Source: the human T2T-CHM13v2.0 reference genome, Homo sapiens
Assembly (NCBI RefSeq): GCF_009914755.1
Contig: NC_060931.1
DNA: 64,000 nt
Direction: 5' to 3' (one strand)
The number at the start of each line of letters is the position of its first letter. The first letter of the stretch is position 1. Made by a program: the position numbers and the translations under genes. Below the pieces are notes generated by a model, which did no database searches, was not told the DNA's origin, and worked only from the letters and a program-made list of their open reading frames with translations. Positions 1 through 24,683 of this stretch are shown here, in pieces.

Positions 1-554
1 CTCAAAAAAAAAAAAAAAAAGGAAGAAGAAGATAAAGAAGAAAACAAACAAGATATAAAGATTTATTTATAAGGAACTTTGCCATAGTGCTAATTATAAT
101 TTTAGATCATTTTTAAAGCCCAATTGTCCATCAATAGGAAATCAGTAGAACTATTGTTCATTCTAAAACTAAATACTTGACCAGCCATTTTTAAAATAAG
201 GATATATACCTGTACTATTGATATGAACAGAGCTCTATGTAGTATTGTTAGGTTAAAATGCAGGATACAATATATCACTCTAGTATATAGTATACAAATA
301 AGCATTTTTTGTATATGTGCATATATGTCCTATAGCTAGAAAAATATGACAATCTACATTAAATCTGTAAAATATTCTACCAAAAAAAAATTAAACCTGA
401 ACCCAATCAAACCACTAGATCTAACTTCCAGTTTTACCAGAAATTTAAGGACAAGAGGAGCATGATAAATGATACCATCTAAATTCAGAGTGTAGAAAAT
501 TCAATAACTAAATGGAATTGTTACAAAAGGGAGGAAAGATCTGTTTTTTTATTA

Positions 555-973
<419 letters not shown>

Positions 974-1121
974 TTAAGAAATTAACACTTTTTTTTTGGT
1001 CAGGTGTGATGATATATATTTTTTTAATGTCTTTATCCATTGGGGATACATACAGAAGTATCTATAGGTGAAATGCTGCAATTTAATATGAAATAATAAG
1101 CAAATAAAGAAAGTAGAGGAG

Positions 1122-1481
1122 TGTATTAGTCCATTTTCATGCTGCTGATAAACACATACCTGAGACTGGGCAATTTACAAGTGAGAAAGTTTTATTGGAT
1201 TTACAGTTCCACATGGCTGAAGAGGCCTCACAATCATGACAGAAGGTGAAAGGCATGTCTCACATGGCAGCAGACAAGAGAAGAGAGCTTGCTCAGGGAA
1301 ACTCCTTTTTTAAAAAACCATCAAATCTGGTGAGATTTATTCACTATCACAAGAACAGCACGGGAAAGACCCACCCCCAAAATTCAACTACATTCCACCG
1401 GGTTCCTCCCATGACATGTGGGAATTGCAGGAATTACCATACAAGATGATATTTGGGTAGGGACACAGCCAAACCATATCA
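1122..1481 (-). mobile_element. THE1 (THE1A-like) MaLR solo LTR
   Basis: Reverse strand starts TGATATGGTTTGGCTGTGTCC and ends ...GGACTAATACA; perfect 5-bp TSD AGGAG at 1117-1121 and 1482-1486. Confidence 0.93.
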
Positions 1482-1724
1482 AGGAGTATACATCAAAAGA
1501 AGATTTCTAAAAATTGATAATTTTTGCAAATAGATGATGGCTACATAGTTCTGTGCTATGTTATTCCCTCCACTTTAAAATATACTTAAGATTTCCATAG
1601 TAAGAAGCTTTATTAAATATATAAATAATTGGAAAAAATTCAGTGGCATATTTACAAGTTATCTCTATGTGGTGAGATTGGGAATTATCTACTTCTTTAA
1701 CTTTTGTGTGCCTGAATTAGATGA

Positions 1725-2023
<299 letters not shown>

Positions 2024-2039
2024 CATCAGATGATTCTTT

Positions 2040-2735
2040 TTTTTAATTTTTTTAGTATTTATTGATCATTCTTGGGTGTTTCTCGGAGAGGGGGATTTGG
2101 CAGGGTCATAGGACAATAGTGGAGAGAAGGTCAGCGGATAAACATGTGAACAAAGGTCTCTGGTTTTCCTAGGCAGAGGACCCTGAGGCCTTCCGCAGTG
2201 TTTGTGTCCCTGGGTACTTGAGATTAGGGAGTGGTGATGACTCTTAACGAGCATGCTGCCTTCAAGCATCTGTTTAACAAAGCACATCTTGCACCGCCCT
2301 TAATCCATTCAACCCTGAGTGGACACAGCAAATGTTTCAGAGAGCACAGGGTTGGGGGTAAGGTCATAGATCAACAGCATCCCAAGGCAGAAGAATTTTT
2401 CTTAGTACAGAACAAAATGGAGTCTCCTATGTCTACTTCTTTCTACACAGACACAGTAACAATCTGATCTCTCTTTCTTTTCCCCACATTTCCCCCTTTC
2501 CTATTAGACAAAACCGCCATGGTCATCATGGCCCGTTCTCAATGAGCTGTTGGGTACACCTCCCAGATGGGGTGGCGGCCGGGCAGAGGGGCTCCTCACT
2601 TCCCAGACGTGGCGGCTGGGCAGAGGGGCCCCCCACCCCCCAGACGGGGCGGCTACCGGGCAGGGGCGCCCCCCACCTCCCAGACGGGACGGCTGCCGGG
2701 CGGGGGCGCCCCCCACCTCCCAGACGGGGTGGCTG
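2040..2735 (-). mobile_element. SVA retrotransposon, 5'-truncated (SINE-R plus part of VNTR; older SVA_B/C-like)
   Basis: poly-T followed by TATTTATTGATCATTCTTGGGTGTTTCTCGGAGAGGGGGATTTGGCAGGG (SINE-R, reverse strand); GC-rich VNTR units CCTCCCAGACGGGG..GGCTGCCGGGC at 2560-2735; TSD CAGATGATTCTTT at 2027-2039 and 2736-2748. Confidence 0.96.
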
Positions 2736-3277
2736 CAGATGATTCTTTAATTAAAATATTTGTGGAAAAAAAGTAAGGTTGAATTTTCTCTTAAATCTAA
2801 AATTTTCTGACCCAATCTTTTATCAATCCACTATGCTAGCTCACTCACTCCCGTTTCAACTATATTTTTACCTCACTAATCTCCTCCATTCTTCAAACAC
2901 TACTTTCTCCTCATATGTCTCAGCTGCTGTCACTTTCCTCTCAATCCAGATAATATTGAATGCATCAATCACTCATGTAGGATATCAGCAACTTCTTTGC
3001 AACATTTTTCTTCCGTCCCATCCACCTGGCAAAACCCCAACCACTGGATCAGCCAGACTAGCTGCCTTCTCAATACCAAAACTGCTGAATGTTCACTTTC
3101 TGGATTTATGGTCTCTAACCTCAAGTGGGCTCAGAAAATATACTAGGAAGTTCTCTATTCAGATCTTCTTCCCATTTTTCACAGTGACTTTTACACACAG
3201 GCTCATCTGCAGAGAGCAAGCCAATAGAGAAAACTGCTCCAGTTACCGCCCCTCACCTATAATCCTAATCTGCAAAT

Positions 3278-3610
3278 TGTAGTCCATTTTGTGCTGCTAC
3301 AACAAAATACCTGAGACTGGGTAATTTATAAAGAATAGAAAGTTATTGTCTCACAGTTCTGGAGGCAGGGAAGTTCAAGGTCAAGGCACCAGAAAGTTTA
3401 GCGTCTGGTGAGGGCTGCTCTCTGCTTCCAACATGGTGCCATGCTGTTCCATCCAGAGGAGGGAAGAAGTGCTGTGTCCCCTCACAAGGTAGAAGGCAGA
3501 AAGGCTAAAGAGCAGAAAGCTGCCTGAAGCTGATTTTATAAGGGCCTTAATTACAATCACGAGGGAGGAATGGCTTTATGGCCTAATCACCTCTTAAAAG
3601 CCCCATCTCT
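3278..3610 (-). mobile_element. MaLR LTR (MST/MLT1A-type), interrupted by Alu
   Basis: TAGTCCATTTTGTGCTGCTACAACAAAATACCTGAGACTGGGTAATTTATAAAG...CTCACAGTTCTGGAGG motif typical of MaLR LTRs. Confidence 0.8.
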
Positions 3611-3925
<315 letters not shown>

Positions 3926-4331
3926 TTAATTATTTGATCTGTATTTTTACAATTGGTGCATATATATTACTATACTGTCCGCAACTCTTGTCTGCATGTT
4001 ATAGAAAACTTAACTAGCAGTGACTCAGAAAAATGAAGTTTTGTTTTGTTTTTTTTTCATATAAGGAGTTTGTAGATAGGGAATACTGGCATCAAGGTCC
4101 AGGCCAATGTTCTGAGATGCTCTTTGCATATACTTCATGACTAAAAATAGCTGCCAGAGCTCTGGACATTAAGTCTGCTTTCAAGAGAGGAAAAAGAAAA
4201 AACAGAAGAGATGGTGTTGGCCACATCTGCCTCTTTCATGAGGAAATAAAAGTCTTTCCCACTATGCACCAATAGTCTTCTGTTTATGTACCAGCAGCCA
4301 GAATTGCCTACAAATAAGATTAAGAAGGTCA

Positions 4332-4598
<267 letters not shown>

Positions 4599-4840
4599 TT
4601 AGGCTTTCCCAGTCTTTGTGGTAGAGATCACCGTGATCTGTGTCTACCACAAAATTGCAGGTGAATTCAACCCTAAACCATTGTGTTCCTTGGACAATTA
4701 AGGTCTTTCTGGAACATACATAGCGGAGGAAGCAATCTGGCATCATTTTCTTTTGTAATCTTATGCTTAAACTCTCCTAGTGCTTAAAGCACCTGTTCAC
4801 TTTTTATTTTATTTTATTTGTATACTTTTTTTGCTTTTTC

Positions 4841-5650
<810 letters not shown>

Positions 5651-6262
5651 CTAATACAATTATAGGCAAGTCAATCTGTTGGACAAAGATTCTGGGTTCA
5701 GCACCACATATTTCTGTCACATCATGAAACTGCTCCTCTTTGGAGCCCTGTGACAAAATTCAAATATTATGTTTTATAATTCATATTTTCTTAAATAAAA
5801 ATTATAAAAACAAGAAAGACTAAATTATAAAGATAGAAGGTTAGGCTAGTGTAATAACAAGATACAGCTTCCCATAATTAATTCAGATAGTAAAATTTGT
5901 TAATAATTTTAAAGAAGAACTATAGAGATGGGAATCAGTGATCAAAGTAGTTATGTATTTAAGACCAATATTCATTTATTATATTTTTAATAATAATGAA
6001 CACCATAATCTATTTTTAGTAATAACATAACAAAAATACTATCACCATAAGATATTCTTTCTTCCCACCTTTCACGAGCTAATTATACAAACAAGCTCTG
6101 AGAGCTCAATATCCACCACTTCCATTTTCTTTGACTTTCTTGTTTTTGTCTACAGTGTGACTTTATTTGGCATTTAGATTCTCACACGACATTCATAACA
6201 AAATCAATTCCAGGTAAAATAAAAATTAATGTATAGAATGTGTTATAAAGAATAGTAATTTA

Positions 6263-7330
<1,068 letters not shown>

Positions 7331-7636
7331 GCAGAAGAAAGTTTGAAACAGGTTATCATTGCTTAAAGGCTATATGTGTGGGTATGAATTGATGAAAGAA
7401 CAGACCCATTAGTATTTCTGGAGATCTGGGTTGGGAAGAAGTATAATTTGACTTTTTTTCATAAGCATGTAACATATGTGCATGTATTTCTGTTCAAATA
7501 AAAAGTAATTTATATACAAAAATAACTTAATACTTACCAAATTTCTAAAGGGGAAGAACTGTAAGAGTAAAGGCAACAGAAACAATCAGGAGGGAAAAGA
7601 TTTTATCAATTTGACAACATAAAATTAAGACACCTA

Positions 7637-8963
<1,327 letters not shown>

Positions 8964-9282
8964 TTAGAAAAGCCTGTTGATCAAGGAAAGGTAAGTTTAT
9001 TAGAGGCACTGCAGTAGGGAAGAACATGATCTTGCCAGAATCCAGTAGTTTCTCAGAATGGGAAATTAGGACAGAATGTTTTTAGGGTTTCATTACCTGG
9101 GTTGGGTGATGTTTAAAGAAGGCCTTACAAAATGGGGGACTGTTGGGGATTGAGTATAGTTTATGGCATAACTTTTAATTGGTGGGTACAGTGTGGCAGC
9201 TGAGTCTTGATTTGTAGGTATGAGTCTTAATAAGTAAACTAATTTGTTGATTCATAAGATATTTCCTGCAGCGAGCAGCTGA

Positions 9283-10293
<1,011 letters not shown>

Positions 10294-10856
10294 TAGAATT
10301 ATTTAGCTCTGGGACAGGAAGTATGTTTGGTCCCAGAATTGTTTAACTTGGGGAAAAGAAAATATGCCTGCTCCCAGTACTGTTTAATAAAGGGACAGGG
10401 AAAAACTTAGAATGCAATTCTCACATCAAAAGGCTCAAATGCTCCTTTAAAAAAAAAAAAGCATGTTTCTGTCATTTATTTTTACAGAGAAAAAAAAGAA
10501 AAAGTAATTATAAAAATAAAATAACAAAACAGCCTTAACTATCCCTCATATTATAGAGTCCTAGGATAAAGTTTACATACTCGCAGCTCAGGTTCTATCT
10601 AAAGCACTTTAACTGTGGTGATGTGAGATAATGTACCTTCTTTTGGGATTTCACACCAATGATGTAATCCATGAGCTAAATTTTTTCAAATGAATAAAGA
10701 AATATTCTTCATATTTAAAATATTTCTTACAATATTGCACTGCATACTTTCTGGTATTTTTGACCAGCCAGAGGGATGATATTCAACATATTTTAATAAG
10801 CAGCAGTGCATAGGTGTTGAACAAGCAGAATGTGAATGGGATGTAACAAAACCAGT

Positions 10857-11164
<308 letters not shown>

Positions 11165-11320
11165 AAAACCAGTTTTAATATACTAACATACACCAGAAAA
11201 ATACCAACCTAGCTATTGCACAAGCAGACATCAAATCCACAAATCGATGAGAAAGAAGACTTCACCACCCACTACAGAATCGTAGTGAGCTTAACACAAC
11301 ATAAATTTATTCCTCATTAA

Positions 11321-11644
<324 letters not shown>

Positions 11645-11916
11645 TGAGAGTTTATGGGGCTCTGCTGTGTCACTCAGAACCCACAATGATAGAGCAGTCA
11701 TTACCTGGAATAATGCCAATCACTGTGCAAAAATGAAACAAAGCCATTGAGGTTCTCACATTAGCAATTATGGGTCACTTCTGCTCACAACTCATTTGTC
11801 AGAACTAGTAGCTAGACCCCACACAATCACAAGGGGCCAGCAAGCACAATTTTATATGCTCAAAAGGGGTTAACAAAACATATACTGAATGGCAGTAGTA
11901 ACTACCACAGGATACC

Positions 11917-12947
<1,031 letters not shown>

Positions 12948-13266
12948 GCATCACTGCCAATCATTTAGGCTAGAAAAGGGAGTTTGAGAATTCAGTGTCT
13001 TATCTGTGTAGTTTTATTTATCTGCTTCTCCTTATATGGGAGTGGGGGTCCAGGGAGGAAAGGTAGTAATGATTGACTTTGCTATTAGAATTTTTGAATA
13101 AAAAGAACAGACCTAAATCTCAAGGAGGGTTGAGGAAAAAGTGCAGTCAACTTGGGATAATGGATTAATATTAAGTTTAAAAATACTATTGAAAAATCTT
13201 TGTGACACTTTATACTTCCATGAATTCTAAATGTTTTTTGCACCATTTTCTCCAATGAACCAATTA

Positions 13267-13978
<712 letters not shown>

Positions 13979-14420
13979 TCCATGAGTCAATGAATGGAAT
14001 AGAACTAATAACTCATACTGGGCTGGTTAGAATAGAAGACCCTGTAGGAAATAAAGGCAAGAGAAAGTTAGATTGATTGAGATCAGTCACCAGGGAGCGT
14101 CACCAGTGCCTTCCTTTCTTGTGTATAACATTTTATTCTAGGCCCCTTTCACCTTCTCCTGGGATTATCACAAAATATTTCTAGACATTGCATTTGCCTC
14201 CAATCTGCTTCTTTAAATGTTTTCTAATTATTAGGGCAATGTGTTCCTCAAATGTCACTTTCATTATATGAATCTGCAATTGTAATCTATGTTCATCCCT
14301 TCAGTCTCTTGAAGGCCCTATCCATTTAGCCTCATATTATCATTTACTTGGAATTTTACAGGTTAGTTAAGGCTATTATGAGGGATAATATTCACAAGTA
14401 TTTTCTGAAAGTAGAAATAG

Positions 14421-15545
<1,125 letters not shown>

Positions 15546-15556
15546 TATAAATAGAT

Positions 15557-16195
15557 AGTGTTCTAAATCACTGTAGAATGACTATAGTTAACAATAATGT
15601 ATCATATAGTTTCAAATAGCTATAAGGCGGCTATTGAATGTTCCTAACACAGAAATGATATATAGTTAACAATATGTGGCCAGGCATGGTGGCTCAAGTC
15701 TGTAATCCTTTGGGAGGCCAAGGCAGGTGGATCACAAGGTCAAGAGATCGAGACCATCCTGGCCAACATGGTGAAACCCCATCTCTGCTAAAAATACACA
15801 AATTAGCTGGGTGTGGGTGTCTCAAAAACAACAACAACAACAACAAACAATATGTATCATTTCTGTGTTGGGAACATTCAATAGCCTCCTTATAGCTATT
15901 TGTTAACAATATGTATCATTTCTGTTGGAAACATCTATATAGTTAACAATATGTATCAATATGTATAGTTAACAATATGTATCAATATGTATAGTTAACA
16001 ATAACTGTTGATACATTTGTATCATATCATTTCAAATAGCTATAAGGAGGCTATTGAATGTTCCCAACACAGAAATGATACATGTTTGAGATGATGAATA
16101 TGCTAATAATCCTGATCTGGTCACTATATATTATATTTATCAAAACATCACTAGGTATCCCATGAATATGTACAATTATTGCCAATTGTTTTAAA
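15557..16195 (+). mobile_element. L1MA-type 3' end, locally rearranged, with internally deleted Alu at 15678-15845
   Basis: GACTATAGTTAACAATAATGTA...TTCAAATAGCTA...GAATGTTCC..ACAGAAATGATA...TAATCCTGATCTG typical of L1MA 3'UTR; Alu TSD AACAATATGT. Confidence 0.8.
15852..16083. repeat. Perfect 51-bp inverted repeat (15852-15902 / 16033-16083) with a tandem-repeat spacer
   Basis: ATGTATCATTTCTGTGTTGGGAACATTCAATAGCCTCCTTATAGCTATTTG is the exact reverse complement of 16033-16083. Confidence 0.95.
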
Positions 16196-17230
16196 TGGAG
16201 GAGAATAATGGCTATCATAAAAAAAAACAAAAGATAACAAGTGTTGAAGAGGATGTGGAGAAAAGGGAGCCCTTACACACTGTTGGTGGGAATGTAAATT
16301 AGTACAGCCATTATGGAAATCAGTATGGAGGCTCTTCCAAAAATTAGAAATAAAATTACCATATGATCTACCAATCCCAATACTGGGTATATATCCAAAG
16401 GAAATGAAATCAGTATGTCGAAGAGATATCTGACTCTCATGTTTGTTGCAGCACAATTCACAATAGCCAAGATAAGTAATCAACCTAAGTTTCCACCAAC
16501 AGATAAATTAATAAAGAAAATGTGGTATCTATACATGATGGAGTACAATTCAGCTATGAAAAGGAATGAAATCCTGTTATCTTATTTGACGTGGATGAAC
16601 CTGGAGAGCTTATGTTAAGTGAAATAAGCCAGGCACAGAAAGATAAATACCATATGATCTCACTCATATGTGAAATCTAAAAATGTGTTCACATAGAAGT
16701 ACAGAATACAACAGTGTTTGCCAAAGACTGGGGAAGGGAGGGGCTGGGGAGAGTAAGAATGAGATGAAGCAGGGACTCCTCTTAGGGGCCTGTTGGACAC
16801 CCCCCCAAGCATGGAAATAAAGGAAAACCTTGAGTTCCTTCAAGGGAAACTCCAGGCACCCAGCTAGCCTTGAGAAGTAAATGAACTGGATAAGCAAGAA
16901 GGTAATAGTAGCTTAAAGCAATAGCCAAGAAAGTTCAAGTCACAAAATGATTGATTCCAAATAAAATTTAAAGACAACATCTTAACGTTTGTCACTGAGA
17001 TGTTTCTCGGAAACCCAGACCCCCACCAGAAGTACAGAAGTTCTTTCTGAACTTCTTCCTGAGGGACCTGGGGGAAGTCAAACCCACAGGCTACATCTAA
17101 GATTCTTTTCTGAGGACCCCAAGCTTTAGACAAAGCTTCCCTTCCTTCCTTCCTTCCTTAACCAGTTGCAAATGGAACAATCTTTGAATCTCCCTAAGAC
17201 CTATAAGTAGCCCCCCCACCTCACCCCTGC

Positions 17231-17937
<707 letters not shown>

Positions 17938-18122
17938 CCCGCCTTTAAGATATCCCACCACTTTAGGCCAAAGTATAACCTCCATGCATTGATTTACAAT
18001 TTTGCCTGTAACGTCTGCTTTCCTGATCTGCACCCCACCATTAAAAACCCTTGCGTGTACGTATGGCGCGGTGGCTCATCCCTGTAATCCCGGCGCTTTG
18101 GGAGGCTGAGGCGGGTGGATCA

Positions 18123-18332
<210 letters not shown>

Positions 18333-18879
18333 CTATGTCTCGAACAAACAAACAAAACCCTTGTTTGTAAGCTTTTGGAGAGGTCAGGCCTTAAGCCTGA
18401 GCTGCCTGATTGTCTTTGTTTGGCGCTCTGCAAATAAACGCCCTCCTTTCTCCCACTGCGAAACCTCAGTGTGGATGTTTGGTCTTAGCGCACCCAGCAA
18501 ACAGACCCCAGTTCGGTTCAGTAACAGGAAGAGAATGGTCAACAAGTAGGAAGTTGTAATTAGGAAGAAAAAGTTGTGGTGTCCTGCACAAAGAGTGACT
18601 ATAGTTACCGATAATGTATTGCATATTTCAAAATAGCTGGAAGAGAAAATTTTGAATGTTCTCACTACAAAGAAATGATAATGTCTGAGGGGAGAGATAT
18701 GCTTAATTACTCTGATGTAATCATCACACAGTGTATGCATGTGTATATATAAAACAAAGCATCACATTGTACTAAACAGATATGTACAGTTATATGTAAA
18801 TTTAAAAGTTTTTAAATAAAAAATAATGGAAATATAAAAGTTATCCACAGTTATATTATTTCTATAGAAACAATTGTTT

Positions 18880-19735
<856 letters not shown>

Positions 19736-20679
19736 CTAACATCTGCATAAATATTTAAATAACAAATTGAGAATAAAACTTAAGAAAAGAATCAACTAAG
19801 TATCAAATAATTACTTTCTTAACTCTTAAACTGCCTAATCTAATGACATTCTAAGGCCAAAGAAAAAACTGATTTTGCTCCCAATTCTTGGTTTCCCATT
19901 AAGTGAGGTCTATCTGCAAGTTAAGGTTAAAAGTTCCTCTTGAACTAGAACCTTATAAGTGATTGTGCTTCACCTCAGGTGGTTCCCTTCCAATCAACAT
20001 TCTGCCCATTTTCCTTCCCTTTGCACTTAAACACTTTTAGCACCATATAGCTTCCTGGCTCCAAATTACACTCTTAAATTGCCATTTAAAAACTGCTCTT
20101 CCTTAGAGCCAAGCAAAAGGACAGTATATTACAAAAGCAAAGATCACAGCTATACCCAGCCTAGGTCTACAACCTGATTGTCCGCTTTCAATGCTGAGAA
20201 GGTTGTCCTGGCAACCAGCTTTACTAACTTGCTCTATTTCTCTCTCCTAAAGCCTTTGAAGTGAGCCCCTCCTCCTTCCCAGCCTTTGAAGTGGTTCTGA
20301 ATAGAATACTAAAGATTACCTATTAACTGGCCTAGCAGATTTTGATCACCCCAGAAACACCTGGGGCATTTTCTTGAGCCACAGGCACAGCACAGGCACA
20401 GAGTTTCATGTGATTACAGCCCAACCTGCTAGTGTAATTATTAATAACTAATCAACCAACTAATATTTCTTGAATATTTCCCATATCCTGGGCACTTTGA
20501 TGGGTTCTACAAATATAAGAGTGAAATCCAGTCTCTGACCTCCATAGTTTCAATCTAGTGCCACCTAATCCTCTAACCTGCACTCTCCAGGGTAATAGCC
20601 ATGGCCATACATGACCATCAAGAATTTCAAATGTGACCGGTCCAAAGTGAAATGTACCATAATGAAAAGTATTCATTGG

Positions 20680-21295
<616 letters not shown>

Positions 21296-22246
21296 GTTAA
21301 TCCACAGATTGGGAGAATATATTTGTAAATCACATATCTGATAAGGACCTCATATACAGACTATATAAAAGAAATTTTATGATTTGATAATAAAAAGACA
21401 ATCAAATTTAAAAATGGGCAAAGGATCTAAAAGACATTTTTCTAAAGAAATGGCCAATAAGCACATGAAAAGATATTCAACATCATTAGCCATCAGGAAA
21501 ATGCAAATGAAAACAATAACGAGATGCTACTTCACAACCACTAGGAAAGATGGCCTATAATAAAAAAGACAAATAGTAACAAGCATTGGAGAGGATATAA
21601 GAAACTGGAACCCTAATACATTGCTGGTGGGGTGTGTTTTGGAAAATAGTCCGTCAATTCCTCAAAACCATAAACATAAACTTACCATAGGACCACACAA
21701 TTTTACTGATAAGTAGAGACCCAAGAGAACTAAGAGTGTATATCCACACAAAACTTGTATACAAATGTTTATGCAGCAATATGAATGATAGCAGAAAATG
21801 AAACAAACTAAATGTGCATTAGCTGATGAACAGATACGTAAAATGTGGTCTATCCATATAATAAAAAAATTATTTGACAATAAAAATAAATTAAATACTA
21901 CTGATATGTTTTACATTGAAGCTTGAAAACATCAAATGCTAAGTAAAAGAAGCCAATCACATAAGATTACGTATTGCAAGATTCCATTTATATGAAATGT
22001 CTAGAGTAGGCATATCTATAGGGACAAAAAATAGATTTGTGACAGTCTAGGGTTGGTGGGACTAGAGACAAATGGAATGGCTGCGGAAGGATGTGGGGGG
22101 TTTCTTTTGGGTTTGATAAAAAGGTTCTAAACTTAGATTGTAGTGTTGGTTGCACAACTCTGTAAATACACTAAAAATTTTGAATTGTTTATTTTAAATG
22201 GGTAAATTGTATGGTATGTCAATTTCATCTGAATAAAGTTGTTAAA
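21296..22246 (+). mobile_element. L1MB-type 3' fragment
   Basis: GGGAGAATATATTTGTAAATCACATATCTGATAAGG, GGCCAATAAGCACATGAAAAGAT, GATTCCATTTATATGAAATGTC; ends AATAAAGTTGTT. Confidence 0.85.
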
Positions 22247-22317
22247 ATGTAATCAAGGTATTTCTAATAAAGAGTGAAAGCCAACTGCCACTGTTCTCAG
22301 CAATCATCTACAACACT

Positions 22318-23191
<874 letters not shown>

Positions 23192-23744
23192 AACAGGGAC
23201 TTGGCAAATTGACAAATTTTATGCATTTTTCAATATCAAAAATCACAAACCAGATGGAGCTTTAGGAGCCTTCTCCATTCCATGCTTCACTACATACTAA
23301 TCAGACTTGGCATTCAAGATATATTGTTGTGCCATTCCAGCTACATGTTCTTAAATATGCTAAGAAATAAAAAATGATTAGAAAGTAATATGGAAAAATG
23401 TTCACAGTCATAGTCTCTCTGGATGGTGGGACTTTTATCCTGAACTTTCCTAACTTTGAACAGCATGTATTAGTTTATAATCAGTAAAAAAACATTATCT
23501 TTAAAATAAAAAGGTATTTTCCTATCTTACTGGGGAGCAGTGTGGTAGTAGTGATTAATCAATATTCATAATGTATTATCCCTTGGGTCCTGGGGGCCTA
23601 AAACAAGTAAATATGATGTAATGAATATTTTTAAATCTTCAATAAAGTTATTATAAAATTTCAAAATTTTATAATAGGAGATAGCAGAATTTGTCATCAC
23701 TTTCTGAGGAATGGTGTTAGGTATCTGTGAAGTCCACAGAGCAA

Positions 23745-24040
23745 TCTTTTTTTCTCTTTCAGACAGCGTCTCACTGTCACCAAGGCTGGAGTGCAGTGGC
23801 ATGATCATAGCTCACTGCAGCCTTGGAATCCTGGCTTCAAGTGATCCTCCCATCTCAGCCTCCTGAGTAGCTAGGACTACAGGCACATACCACCATGCCT
23901 AGCTAATTTTTTAAAAGTTTTCTGTGGAGACAGGGTTTCACTATGTTGCCCAGGCTGCTCTAGGGCTCTTGGCCTAAAGCAGTCTTCCTGCCTCAGCCTC
24001 CCAAAGCGCTGGGATTATAGGCATGGGCCATCACACCCAA
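23745..24040 (-). mobile_element. AluJ
   Basis: ATCATAGCTCACTGCAGCC diagnostic; TSD ACAGAGCAATCTT. Confidence 0.9.
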
Positions 24041-24116
24041 ACCACAGAGCAATCTTCTTTCTCAACATTGCTATCACAACTATTGAACATGGCCATCAGG
24101 GTAGGCTATATTGGGC

Positions 24117-24683
24117 TGAAGCAATGCAGAATATGCCATGTGCCACTCTGGCTTAAGGATTGTTTTGTGCTAAAGGCAATTGAGAATCAACAAATTCAGG
24201 AAGAGTTTTGTTCTCGCCATCTGCCTAAAAGCAGGCCGTAAATTTTTCTTTAATGAAAGTGTCACAGACATACACACACACGCATACACACACACACATT
24301 CCCCCTAACCTCTCCACCAGACCAGGGAGAGAAGAGCCACTCATCCTCAAGACGGGAAGTTGATGCCAAGATGAGTTTGCATAAACAGGTCTTACTCAAG
24401 CAGCCCTTATCTTCCATTAGTTCCCCCAGATGTTTCCTAGCCTTTTCCCCACAAATGATCATCCTTTAAGTCCAAACCCTCTTTCCATTGTTAAAAGGGT
24501 ATATGAATCCCTGAGTCTAATCTCTTCTTTGAGTTTCACTTCTTTCCTCTGAACTCGTGTACACATAAATACTAATGCGGATTGGGTACTTTCTCCTGTT
24601 AATCTGTCTTTTGTCAGTTTAACTCACATACCTCCAGTTACAGAAATTAAGAAGACAGAGGCAAAGCTTTTTTCTCCCTGACA
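24117..24683 (+). mobile_element. ERV1 solo LTR (MER34-family)
   Basis: GAATATGCC...GGATTGTTTTG.GCTAAAGGCAATTGAGAA start and TTCTCCTGTTAATCTGTCTTTTGTCAGTTT...CTCCCTGACA end; similar to 43401-44295. Confidence 0.65.

Noticed and set aside
2066-2776. Overlapping Pro/Gly/Arg-rich ORFs and apparent CpG island
   Set aside because: Explained by the SVA SINE-R and VNTR.
2779-3282. 167-aa ORF
   Set aside because: Starts at TTG, lies in pyrimidine-rich, old-LINE-like DNA, and has no recognisable domain or splice context.
6156-6213. Possible 58-nt exon (pyrimidine tract-TACAG ... CAG/GTAAAA)
   Set aside because: Donor is weak, no partner exons or recognisable peptide; such matches arise by chance at this scale.
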